32,021 nucleotides of DNA. Origin: Pseudomonadota bacterium. GTDB lineage: Bacteria; Pseudomonadota; Gammaproteobacteria; Burkholderiales; Burkholderiaceae_C. Of this stretch, positions 1 through 8,535 are shown piece by piece. Every line of letters starts with the position of its first letter. The stretch's first letter is position 1. Made by a program: the position numbers and the translations under genes. The DNA lies in the NCBI GenBank assembly GCA_021798395.1, contig JAJZHS010000001.1:1-32021 (forward strand), written 5' to 3'. The notes under the pieces were generated by a model. The model did not search any database, was not told the origin of the DNA, and saw only the letters and a list, made by a program, of their open reading frames with translations.

Positions 1-333
1 CGCGATCGAGCGCGGATCGCGGTCGTACGGCTTGCCGTCGCCGGGTTCGAGCACGTCGCAGGTCAGCAGCAGCGTGGTCTCCTCCATGAACGGATCGATG
101 TTCGCGGTGCCCGGATCGGGCATCAGCAGCATGTCGGAGGCTTCGATTCCCTTCCAGCCGGCGATCGACGAGCCGTCGAACGCGTGGCCTTCGCTGAACT
201 TCTCGGCGTCGAAGGCCGACACCGGAACGGTCACGTGCTGCTCCTTGCCGCGGGTATCGGTGAAGCGGAAGTCGACGAACTTGACGTCGTTTTCCTTCAC
301 CATGTTCATCACGTCATCAACGCTCTTGGTCAT
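1..333 (-). CDS. glnA: Type I glutamine synthetase, N-terminal part (runs off the window)
   Basis: Manual translation from ATG at 333: [37 protein letters not shown]...[22 protein letters not shown]...YDRDPRSIA, the GSI signature; GGAG RBS upstream. Absent from the ORF track because no stop codon lies in the window. Confidence 0.97.
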   Translation of the reverse strand, partial: MTKSVDDVMNMVKENDVKFVDFRFTDTRGKEQHVTVPVSAFDAEKFSEGHAFDGSSIAGWKGIEASDMLLMPDPGTANIDPFMEETTLLLTCDVLEPGDGKPYDRDPRSIA

Positions 334-445
334 GCAATTTCTCCATTGGCGGGATCGGATTGGAAACGGACGGTGCGCGCGGCAGCCCCGGCGGTCGGCG
401 GACCGCACGACACGACAGGGGCATTCCCGGGCCTTGGCGAAAATC

Positions 446-462
446 TAGCAGAAACCATGCCA
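446..462 (-). promoter_or_regulatory. Sigma54 (-24/-12) promoter of glnA
   Basis: Minus strand TGGCATGGTTTCTGCTA gives GG-N10-GC, close to the TGGCAC-N5-TTGC consensus, about 115 bp upstream of the glnA ATG. Confidence 0.85.
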
Positions 463-542
463 CGCCCGGCGAAATTTGCGCACGCCGAGCACGCCCGACG
501 CGCCGTCGGCGCGGCTTTGCGCGCACCGCCGGAGGGAAGGAA

Positions 543-590
543 CGCACCTCGGCGGTGCGCCGCTCAAAGTCGTCGCACCGTTTCGGTGCG
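543..590. promoter_or_regulatory. Tandem NtrC enhancer sites
   Basis: CGCACC-N5-GGTGCG at 543-559 and 574-590, 31 bp apart, about 115 and 145 bp upstream of the predicted sigma54 start; same layout as enterobacterial glnAp2. Confidence 0.85.
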
Positions 591-1349
591 CACTTCGGCT
601 GCCAGTTCGCGCAATCCCTGGCGCAGCATCGCGAAGGCCGATTCGACGCGTTCCGGTTCGCCCTTCACGCCGAGTTCGATGTGGCGCCCCCACTCGGCAT
701 GGTCGACGCTGGGCAGGCTGAACACCTTGACGTGCGGATGCGCCTGCTCGACGCGCTCCATCAACGGCGTCAGGTCCGATTCCATCGCACCGGCGACGAT
801 GCACGCGCGCTCGAGATAGCGGCCGACGCGGTGCAGCGCGCGCAGCGGGCCGTCGAGCACCCACTCGAGCATCGGCCACGCCATCACCGGGAAACCCGGA
901 ACGAAATAGTGACCGCGGATCGAGAAACCTGGAATCTGGTTGTACGGATTCGGCACGATCTCGGCGCCCTGGGGAAACATGCCCATATGCAGTCGCTGCA
1001 GGTTGGCTGCGCTGGCCGGATCGCCCAGACCGGCCGCTGCGACGCGCTGCTCGATCAGCGCGCGCGCCTGCGGATGCAGCCGCAGCGGCAGATCGAGCGC
1101 CGCCGCGGCGCTTTGCCGCGTATGGTCGTCGGGCGTGGCGCCGATGCCTCCGCAGCTCAGCGCGTCGTCGCCGCGCGCGAAACTGGCGCGAAACGCCTGT
1201 TGCAACAGAGCGGGATCGTCGGCCAGATACTGCACCCAGTGCAACTGCACGCCGCGCGCCGCGAGCAGCTCCTGCACTTTCGCGAAATGCCGGTCCTGGC
1301 GCTTGCCCGAGAGGATTTCGTCGCCGATGATGTACAGGCCCAGCGCCAT
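564..1349 (-). CDS. CinA-like / molybdopterin-binding-domain protein
   Basis: IIGDEILSGKRQD, GGIGATPDDHT and FVPGFP motifs of the MoCF_biosynth/CinA family; commonly upstream of glnA in Burkholderiales. Confidence 0.9.
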   Translation of the reverse strand: MALGLYIIGDEILSGKRQDRHFAKVQELLAARGVQLHWVQYLADDPALLQQAFRASFARGDDALSCGGIGATPDDHTRQSAAAALDLPLRLHPQARALIEQRVAAAGLGDPASAANLQRLHMGMFPQGAEIVPNPYNQIPGFSIRGHYFVPGFPVMAWPMLEWVLDGPLRALHRVGRYLERACIVAGAMESDLTPLMERVEQAHPHVKVFSLPSVDHAEWGRHIELGVKGEPERVESAFAMLRQGLRELAAEVRTETVRRL

Positions 1350-1526
1350 GTCAAACCTTTCGTCGCTGCGCGGCGCCGCAACGGCTCCGCTTCGCCGACG
1401 ATGCTAACAATCCGGTACCGTGGCCGCTGCGCCTCATGGCACTTGGAACTGCCGGGGCCTGATCGCACAATGCGCGGAGCGCGCCGCATCCCGCCGCGCG
1501 CTCCGCACACGTTGGAGTCCCCCGCG

Positions 1527-2858
1527 ATGCACGATCTCGACGCGCACCAACTCGACGCCCTGTGGATGCCGTTCACCGCGAACCGACAGTTCAAGGCCGC
1601 TCCGCGCCTGCTCGTCGGCGCCAAGGGCATGTACTACCGCAGCCACGACGGGCGCACGATTCTCGACGGCGTCGCCGGACTGTGGTGCGTCAACGCCGGG
1701 CACGGGCGCGACGAGATCCACGCGGCGATGATGCAGCAGATGCAGGAAATGGACTACGCGCCGCCGTTCCAGATGGGCCATCCGCGGCAGTTCGAGGCCG
1801 CCGCGATGCTGGCGCAGATCGCCCCGGCCGACCTGCGCAAGGTGTTCTTCACGAATTCGGGATCGGAGTCGGTCGACACGGCGCTGAAGATTGCGCTGGC
1901 CTATCACCGCGCGCGCGGCGAGGGCACGCGCACGCTGCTGATCGGACGCGAGCGCGGCTACCACGGCGTCGGCTTCGGCGGCATTTCGGTCGGCGGCATG
2001 CCGGCCAACCGCAAGGTGTTCCACGGCAGCCTGCTGCCCAACGTTGACCACCTGCCGCACACCCACGATCTCGAGCACCAGGCGTTCTCGCGCGGCCAGC
2101 CGGTCTGGGGCGCGCACCTGGCCGACGACCTCGAACGCCTGGTCACGCTGCACGACGCGAGCAACATCGCGGCGGTGATCGTCGAGCCGATGGCCGGCTC
2201 CACCGGCGTGCTGATCCCGCCGCAGGGGTACCTCGAGCGGCTGCGCACGATCTGCGACCGCCACGGCATCGTGCTGATCTTCGACGAGGTCATCACCGGC
2301 TTCGGGCGCCTCGGCACGCCGTTCGCGGCGCAGTATTTCAACGTGATCCCGGACATCATCACCACGGCCAAGGCCGTGAACAACGCCGCCGCGCCGATGG
2401 GCGCGGTGCTCGTGCGCGAGTCCATCCACGACGCGATCGTGCACGGCGCCCCCGGCGGCGCAGTCGAGTTCTTCCACGGCTACACCTACTCGGGCCATCC
2501 GCTGGCCAGCGCGGCCGCGGTGGCGGCGCAAAAGCTGTATGCGCGCGACGGACTGCTCACGCGGGCCCGGCGCGAGGGCCTGGACCGCTACTGGGAGGAT
2601 GCCGTGCACAGCCTGCGCGACGCCGCGCACGTGCGCGACATCCGCAACCTCGGCCTGGTCGCCGGGATCGAACTGATGGCGCGCCCCGGGGCCGCCGGCC
2701 AACGCGCGTTCGACGTGTTCGTCACATGCTACGAACTCGGCGTCCTGCTGCGTTACACCGGAGACACCATCGCGCTGTCGCCGCCGCTGATCATCGAGCG
2801 CGGGCAGATCGACCAGATCGTCGACACCTTGCGCAAGGCGCTGGCGTCGGTTGCCTGA
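1527..2858 (+). CDS. Class III PLP aminotransferase (omega-amino acid/beta-alanine:pyruvate type)
   Basis: WMPFTANRQFK, DGVAGLWCVNAGH, NSGSESVDTALK, FDEVITGFGR, TTAK (PLP Lys), HGYTYSGHP. The real start is ATG 1527 after GGAG, not 360. Confidence 0.93.
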   Translation: MHDLDAHQLDALWMPFTANRQFKAAPRLLVGAKGMYYRSHDGRTILDGVAGLWCVNAGHGRDEIHAAMMQQMQEMDYAPPFQMGHPRQFEAAAMLAQIAPADLRKVFFTNSGSESVDTALKIALAYHRARGEGTRTLLIGRERGYHGVGFGGISVGGMPANRKVFHGSLLPNVDHLPHTHDLEHQAFSRGQPVWGAHLADDLERLVTLHDASNIAAVIVEPMAGSTGVLIPPQGYLERLRTICDRHGIVLIFDEVITGFGRLGTPFAAQYFNVIPDIITTAKAVNNAAAPMGAVLVRESIHDAIVHGAPGGAVEFFHGYTYSGHPLASAAAVAAQKLYARDGLLTRARREGLDRYWEDAVHSLRDAAHVRDIRNLGLVAGIELMARPGAAGQRAFDVFVTCYELGVLLRYTGDTIALSPPLIIERGQIDQIVDTLRKALASVA

Positions 2859-2963
2859 ACCCCGGCGCGGCGCATCAAGCCCATGACGCGCGCAGGGTCC
2901 CTGAACTGGTGTGGAATAGGCGGCGCGGGCCTGCGCGGCGCCGCGGCGAGCGAGGAGAGCGCG

Positions 2964-3473
2964 ATGCGACGCCTGTATTTCCTGGTCCCCGATGTCGACC
3001 TCGCGCACGCGATCGTCGACGCCCTGCTGCTCGATCGGATCGAGGAGCGCAACATCCACGTCGTGGCGCGCGAAGGCACCCCGCTGGGCAATCTGCCCGA
3101 GGCCGGACTGGCGCAGAAGTCCGATCTGATCCCGGCGGTCGAGCGCGGCATCGGCCTCGGCGGCGCCACCGGAACTTTGGCCGGACTGGTCGCCGTCGCG
3201 GTTCCAGGGGGCGCGGTCGTCTCGGCCGGCGCGCTGGTTCCGGCTCTGGCGCTGGCCGGAGGCACCCTGGGCGCGTGGCTCAGCGCGATGATCGGCGTCA
3301 GCGTCGACAGCCGGCGCCTGGCGCCGTACGCCGACGCCATCGAGCGCGGCGCGCTGCTCATGATGGTCGACGTGCCCAAGGCGCGCTGCGACGCGATCGT
3401 GCAGCGCATCGCGGCGCTGTTCCCGCAAGTCAGCCCCCAAGGCACCGAGCCGGACATCCCGGCTTTTCCCTGA
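2964..3473 (+). CDS. DUF1269-like membrane protein with glycine-rich hydrophobic hairpin
   Basis: MRRLYFLVPD...HVVAREGTPLGNLPEA...SDLIPAVERG, Gly-rich hydrophobic segment and LLMMVDVP; GAGGAG RBS before ATG 2964. Confidence 0.75.
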   Translation: MRRLYFLVPDVDLAHAIVDALLLDRIEERNIHVVAREGTPLGNLPEAGLAQKSDLIPAVERGIGLGGATGTLAGLVAVAVPGGAVVSAGALVPALALAGGTLGAWLSAMIGVSVDSRRLAPYADAIERGALLMMVDVPKARCDAIVQRIAALFPQVSPQGTEPDIPAFP

Positions 3474-3547
3474 ACGTTGGCGCCGAGCGCCCCGCGTTGC
3501 GCCATAATGCGCGCCAGGATGGCAAGAACAGAAGAGCGAGACCCGCC

Positions 3548-3859
3548 GTGAGCAAACCGACCCGATCCGACCGCGATCGACCGCTGACCGACCTCGGCCC
3601 GGGGGACCCCGACGCGCCGACGGCGCACGCGCGGTACCAGTTGTACAGCAGCAGCCCGTCGTGCATCGGCTGCCGGCACCGCAAACGCCTGGGCAACGAA
3701 GTCTGGTGCGCCAACGTGGACCTGCCGCCGCACCAGCGCCCGAGCGGCAGCGCGATGCGCGGCTGCCACGCGTACGCGGTCGGCGACCCGAACGACGATG
3801 GCCATACCGGCGTGCGCAAGGGGTTGGCGCGGCTGGCCGTGCGTCGCAGCGTGCGCTGA
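3548..3859 (+). CDS. Small Cys-containing hypothetical protein (103 aa)
   Basis: GTG start at 3548, GC3-rich codons, CIGC...WC...GCH motif; it is the C-terminal part of track ORF 2726..3859. Confidence 0.55.
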   Translation: MSKPTRSDRDRPLTDLGPGDPDAPTAHARYQLYSSSPSCIGCRHRKRLGNEVWCANVDLPPHQRPSGSAMRGCHAYAVGDPNDDGHTGVRKGLARLAVRRSVR

Positions 3860-3861
3860 GT

Positions 3862-3875
3862 TTGATCCAGCGCAA
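3862..3875. promoter_or_regulatory. FNR/CRP-family box
   Basis: TTGAT-CCAG-CGCAA against the consensus TTGAT-N4-ATCAA. Confidence 0.5.
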
Positions 3876-3903
3876 GCGCGCCGCACGCCCGCGTCGCGGC
3901 ACC

Positions 3904-3932
3904 TTGCTCGCGTCCGCGCGCTGGCGTAGATT
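3904..3932 (+). promoter_or_regulatory. Putative sigma70 promoter
   Basis: TTGCTC-N17-TAGATT. Confidence 0.5.
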
Positions 3933-3938
3933 GGAACC

Positions 3939-4084
3939 GTACCCGGTTCGCCCAGGAGGTCATATTGGAACGCGTCACCTGAACCTTCCCCAGCGACACG
4001 GCCGCGCGCCGTGATCCGGCTTCGCCCATGAAGCCCGCGCATCAGGCACCGTCAGGGTCTCGTTCCCGGGTGCCTGATCGTTTT
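3939..4084 (+). ncRNA. Candidate sRNA or leader RNA of about 145 nt
   Basis: Bounded by the promoter above and a terminator-like hairpin; internal hairpins (CACGGC/GCCGTG, GGCTTC/GAAGCC); no convincing long ORF. Confidence 0.4.
4041..4084 (+). terminator. Intrinsic terminator-like hairpin
   Basis: ATCAGGCACC (4041-4050) pairs with GGTGCCTGAT (4069-4078), followed by CGTTTT. Confidence 0.55.
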
Positions 4085-4464
4085 GGCGGCGCGCGCCGAA
4101 TGCGCACTCAGCGCGATGGCCGCGATCGGCGCGGCCGCGCGCGGTCAAGTCCGGGCCTCGGCGGACCTTGCCACGACGTCGCCGAACGCGCCCAATCGAT
4201 GCATCCGCCCAAACCGAGTTGCTCCGCGATGCCGCCTCGTGATCGCCTTGCCCACCCTGCCGCGCGGCGCAGGCCACGCCGGGCCGCGCCCGGCGTGCAA
4301 AGTCTGCGCGATCTGGCGCGCCGTCTCGGCGAAGCGCTCGACGCGCTGGCGCGAACCGCCGCGCGCGACGCGCGAGACCCGCCGCGCGAACCGCTGCATT
4401 GACTGCAGGCGAACGCTACGATCGGCCCGGCCGGCGGTGTGCCGGCGCCGTGGAGCGCAAGAGC

Positions 4465-5652
4465 ATGTCCGAAGCCTACATCGTGGCCGCGGTGCGTACC
4501 GCCGGCGGTCGCCGCAACGGCAACCTGTCGGGATGGCACCCGGTCGACCTGGCCGCAGCGCTGATCGACGCGCTGGTGCAGCGCAGCGGGGTCGACCCGC
4601 AGCGCGTCGACGACGTCATCCTCGGCTGCGTCGGCCAGGCCGGCGAGCAGTCGACCAACATCGCGCGCAACGCCGTGCTGGCGTCGACGCTTCCCGAGTC
4701 GGTTCCCGCGACCACGGTCGACCGCCAGTGCGGCTCGTCGCAGCAAGCGCTGCACTTCGCCGCCCAGGCCGTCCTGTGCGGAACGATGGACGTGGTCATC
4801 GCCGGCGGCGTCGAGTCGATGAGCCGGGTACCGATGTTCACGCCCGCGTCGCTGGCCGAAGCGCATGGCCTGGGCAGTTACCGATCGCCCGAACTGGCGC
4901 GGCGCTACGACGGCGCGCGGTTCAGCCAGTTCGTCGGCGCCGAGCGCATCGCCGAGCGCCACGGCATCACCCGCGCCGAGATGGACGCCTTCGCGCTGCG
5001 CAGCCACCAGCGCGCCGCGGCCGCGGCCGCCTGCGGCGCGTTCGACGCGGAGATCGTTCCGCTGCCGGTCTGGCGGCGCGGCGACGCGGCGCCGCTGGGC
5101 GCACGACACGCCAGCGACGAAGGCGTGCGCACCGACGCCAGCCTCGACGCGATCGCGCAAGTCCAGCCCCTGCGCGAAGGCGGGCTGGTGACCGCGGCCA
5201 ACGCCAGCCAGATCTGCGACGGCGCCTCGGGCGTGGTGGTGGTCAACGAGGCCGGGCTGCGCGCGCTGGGGGTCGCGCCCCTGGCGCGCATCCACCACAT
5301 GAGCGTGTATGGCGGCGACCCGGTGATCATGCTCGACGCGCCGCTGCGCGCCACCGAACGTGCCCTGGCTCGTGCCGGACTGCGCATCGGCGACGTCGAC
5401 CTGTTCGAAGTCAACGAGGCGTTCGCCAGCGTGCCGCTGGCCTGGCTGCGCGCGCTCGGCGCCGATCCCGAGCGCGTCAACGTGCACGGCGGCGCGATCG
5501 CCCTCGGCCATCCGCTGGGCGCGTCGGGAACCCGATTGATGGCCACCTTGGTGCACGCACTGCGGCGCCGCGGGGCGCGCTACGGCCTGCAGACCATGTG
5601 CGAAGGCGGGGGCATGGCCAACGTCACCATCGTCGAGCGGCTCGTCGCCTGA
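4465..5652 (+). CDS. Acetyl-CoA C-acyltransferase (thiolase)
   Basis: DRQCGSS (catalytic Cys), NEAFA, GGAIALGHPLGASG and TMCEGGG; start at MSEAYIV (4465). Confidence 0.95.
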   Translation: MSEAYIVAAVRTAGGRRNGNLSGWHPVDLAAALIDALVQRSGVDPQRVDDVILGCVGQAGEQSTNIARNAVLASTLPESVPATTVDRQCGSSQQALHFAAQAVLCGTMDVVIAGGVESMSRVPMFTPASLAEAHGLGSYRSPELARRYDGARFSQFVGAERIAERHGITRAEMDAFALRSHQRAAAAAACGAFDAEIVPLPVWRRGDAAPLGARHASDEGVRTDASLDAIAQVQPLREGGLVTAANASQICDGASGVVVVNEAGLRALGVAPLARIHHMSVYGGDPVIMLDAPLRATERALARAGLRIGDVDLFEVNEAFASVPLAWLRALGADPERVNVHGGAIALGHPLGASGTRLMATLVHALRRRGARYGLQTMCEGGGMANVTIVERLVA

Positions 5653-5712
5653 TGCTGCAACGCAACACCGACGCAAGGAGGGGATGCAAAAAAGCCAGGA
5701 TCGTCCTATATT

Positions 5713-5724
5713 AGGGTTAACCCT
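5713..5724. promoter_or_regulatory. Perfect palindrome, probable operator upstream of the DUF3563-like gene
   Basis: AGGGTTAACCCT directly after a possible ATGCAA-N17-TATATT promoter (5684-5712). Confidence 0.5.
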
Positions 5725-5755
5725 GACAGTAAACCTCCTCACGAGGGAGAACATC

Positions 5756-5965
5756 ATGACCACCCTGATTCGATTCCTGCGCGCCCTGGTGTCCGAGCGC
5801 GACGCCGAGGAAGTCCTCGACGAGAAGTACCTGGCCCAGGCGGTCGACGTGGCCGATCTCGAGCACCGCATCGAGGAACTCGAGCACCGCACGGCCAACG
5901 AAGGACTGTTCCAGACCCAGGCGCCGGCGCACGGCTTCGCGTCGCGCGGCGGAGCACTGTGGTGA
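5756..5965 (+). CDS. DUF3563-like small protein
   Basis: DEKYLAQAVDVADLEHR matches the (A)YL...DLE motifs of the family; GAGGGAGA RBS. Confidence 0.8.
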   Translation: MTTLIRFLRALVSERDAEEVLDEKYLAQAVDVADLEHRIEELEHRTANEGLFQTQAPAHGFASRGGALW

Positions 5966-6165
5966 GCCGCCGCGCGTCGGCCGGCGCACGGCAAGGCGCC
6001 GTGGCCGTTCCCGCCCACCTTTCGTTCGACTGGGTGCGCACGCAATACGCGCAGGCGGTCCGCTTCGGCCTGATTCAGCCGTCGTTGCTCGCCTCGGCCA
6101 GCTTCGAACGCAGGCTGTGCGCGCTGGAGCAGTTCAGCCTCGGTCCCTGGGCGCGCCGGGCCTGA
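5962..6165 (+). CDS. Small hypothetical protein coupled to the DUF3563-like gene
   Basis: GTGA start/stop overlap, GGAG RBS and GC3-rich codons (FDWVRTQYAQAVRFGLI...LGPWAR). Confidence 0.65.
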   Translation: MSRRASAGARQGAVAVPAHLSFDWVRTQYAQAVRFGLIQPSLLASASFERRLCALEQFSLGPWARRA

Positions 6166-6223
6166 GACGGCGCGCCGCAGCGGTCGCGGCGTGCCGCGAC
6201 CGCTGCGCTTACCATGCCACGGC

Positions 6224-7000
6224 ATGGACGCCTTCTACCACCGCATCGACACCGACGCCTACCGCCCGACCGAAGCTGCGGTCGGGCCGTGGGACCCCGC
6301 GCTGCTGCACGGGGGCCCTCCGATCGCGCTGCTCGCGCACGCTCTGCGCGCCTTCGGCGGCGACGACGCGCCGGCGCTGGTACGGCTCAGCGTCGAATTC
6401 CTCGGCCCGGTCCCGCTGGCCCCGTGCACGATCGCGGTGCGCCAGCTGCGCGCCGGACGCCGCATCGAACTCCTCGAAGCCACGCTGCGCGCCGACGGAC
6501 GCGATGCGCTGCTCGCGCGCGCGTGGCGGGCACGCCGCGAACCGGACTGCGCCCCGCGCATCTCGGACGCATTCAGCGTGCCGCAGCTGCCCGACGCGCA
6601 GCCGACCCGCATGTTCCCCGGAATCGAGCATTTCCCCTACGCGCACGCGCTGGAGTGGCGTTTCGTGCAAGGCGCGTTCGATGACCTGGGCCCAGCCACG
6701 CTGTGGGCGCGGCCGCGGATCCCGCTGCTGCCCGACGCGCCCAGCGATGCGCTCGAGCGGCTGCTGATCGTGCTCGACTCGGCCAACGGCGTGAGCGCCG
6801 AACTGCCGCTGCGCGACTGGAGTTTCGTGCCGATCGACCTGCAACTCAGCCTGCACCGCGAACCACAGGGCGACTGGGTCGGGATCGACGCCCGAAGCGT
6901 GATCGATTCCAGCGGCGTGGGCACCGCGCACACCACCGTGTTCGACAGCGCCGGCGCCTGCGGCCGCAGCCTGCACACCCTGTTCGTGCGCAAGCGCTGA
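6224..7000 (+). CDS. Thioesterase-family (double hotdog) protein
   Basis: GPWDPALLHGGP, RLSVEFLGPVP, RAGRRIELLEA, DSANGVS and DLQLSLHREPQGDW. Confidence 0.85.
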   Translation: MDAFYHRIDTDAYRPTEAAVGPWDPALLHGGPPIALLAHALRAFGGDDAPALVRLSVEFLGPVPLAPCTIAVRQLRAGRRIELLEATLRADGRDALLARAWRARREPDCAPRISDAFSVPQLPDAQPTRMFPGIEHFPYAHALEWRFVQGAFDDLGPATLWARPRIPLLPDAPSDALERLLIVLDSANGVSAELPLRDWSFVPIDLQLSLHREPQGDWVGIDARSVIDSSGVGTAHTTVFDSAGACGRSLHTLFVRKR

Positions 7001-7104
7001 GAAGGCGTGGCCTGCGCGCCTACGCAACGAGGCGCGCCGCGCACCGCGGGAACTTCTGCCGCTCCGCCGGACCCCAAGGGGCATGGGCAACAGAGGGCAC
7101 GACC

Positions 7105-8451
7105 ATGGACACGACACGCTGGGTGCAGTACGGAGCCGGACTGCTTCTGCACGGCCTCGCGCTGGCGCCGGGCGCCGGCGCCGCGGGCACAGGGCCGCAA
7201 CGCGGCGCCGCGCAGGACGCAGCGACCATGCAGGTACGCGTCGTTTCGGTGCATCAGGTGGCGCCGACACCCCGCGCCGGTGGCGCGCGGCAGGGAGCGC
7301 GCAGCGCCGCCACGCTGGTTCCGGGAACCGACACTGCGCTCATCATCCACCACATCTGCGTGCTCCGCAGCGCCAACGAAGACGGCTGCGTCGGCGTGAC
7401 GCACTACGCGTTCACGCCCGGACCGGCGGCGATCGTCGAGGCCGGCAGCGACAGCCCCGGAGCGCAATGCAGCGTCGATCCGACGACGCGCGAGGCGCTG
7501 TGCGCGGTGCATCAAGCCGTGGGCGAAACCTACGACCTGCGCCTGCTCGTTCGCACCGATCCGAACGGCCGCGGCGACGCCACCCTGAAACTGTCGGCTG
7601 AAGGCAGCTACACGATCGAGCCCGACGTGTTCACGTTCGGGCTGCAGCCGCAGGCCGACGTGGAGGTCGTGCAGAGCCCGGAGCCGACCCCGATCTTCAA
7701 CGGCTCGGGGCGGCCGATCACCGAGACCACCCTGCAGGTGCGCAATCTGGGCCCTTCGACGCTGCGCGGTGCCACGGTGCGCGAGACATTCACCGCACAG
7801 CCGCTGATGTCGGTCGAACTCGACGAGCCCAGCCTGAGTTTCTGCAGCGGGGGCGGAACCCTCCCGATTCAATGCGCCCTGGGCGACTTGGCACCGCTGC
7901 AGGCACGCAGCGTGCGCTTCCAGGCTTCGCTTCCGGACGCGGTTCCGCTGTCGGAATCGGCGGGCGTGGTCGACGTCGCTGCCGACGTCGAGGCGCTGCC
8001 GACGCACGTGTTCCACTTCATTCACTTCGGACGGGTCTTCGTCGGCGCGCTGCATTGGCCCTCCGAGCCGCGCGTGCGGCAGCCATTCGACATCCGCGTC
8101 GTGTTCCGCAACGCGGCACCGCCCACGGCGACGAACCCGCAGGTCGTTCCGTTGAGCTGGAACGTGCGCCTGGGCGCCGGTCTGCAACTGGCCGGGGTGC
8201 GTTCCGACTGGCCCGGATTGACGTGCACGGTCCGCGCGCAGGAGGGAACCGTCGGCTGCCAGACGCCCGACGTGGCCGGCGGCTGCTGCAGCGCCAATGC
8301 GACGCTGACCGTGCTTGCGCAGCGCGCCGAAGACTTTTCCGTGATGCTCGACTGGGCGACTCCGGCGTGGGGCCGCGGCGAGCAGAGCTACCTGCTGCCG
8401 CTGGCCGACGAGGCGCGGCACCACGCGGGCGCGCGCGGCGGCACATCCTGA
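7105..8451 (+). CDS. Secreted beta-rich protein with DUF11-like domain(s)
   Basis: Signal-like N-terminus; TLQVRNLGPS...ATVRETF...CALGDLAP pattern typical of DUF11; several paired Cys. Confidence 0.55.
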   Translation: MDTTRWVQYGAGLLLHGLALAPGAGAAGTGPQRGAAQDAATMQVRVVSVHQVAPTPRAGGARQGARSAATLVPGTDTALIIHHICVLRSANEDGCVGVTHYAFTPGPAAIVEAGSDSPGAQCSVDPTTREALCAVHQAVGETYDLRLLVRTDPNGRGDATLKLSAEGSYTIEPDVFTFGLQPQADVEVVQSPEPTPIFNGSGRPITETTLQVRNLGPSTLRGATVRETFTAQPLMSVELDEPSLSFCSGGGTLPIQCALGDLAPLQARSVRFQASLPDAVPLSESAGVVDVAADVEALPTHVFHFIHFGRVFVGALHWPSEPRVRQPFDIRVVFRNAAPPTATNPQVVPLSWNVRLGAGLQLAGVRSDWPGLTCTVRAQEGTVGCQTPDVAGGCCSANATLTVLAQRAEDFSVMLDWATPAWGRGEQSYLLPLADEARHHAGARGGTS

Positions 8452-8535
8452 AACCATCGCGTGCCCGGCTCTGCCCTACGATGCACGCGGCGCCGGCCAT
8501 GCCCGGCGCACCGGGGGGATGGGTTGAAGCAACAG

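Noticed and set aside
360-1526. N-terminal 389 aa of the 832-aa ORF
   Set aside because: Mostly the antisense shadow of the CinA-like gene; aminotransferase similarity begins at ATG 1527, which has an RBS.
4028-4402. Possible small ORF ending LRDLARRLGEALDALAR...EPLH
   Set aside because: The 3' codons look plausible, but there is no clear start, RBS or family, and the 5' part overlaps a terminator. Left uncalled.
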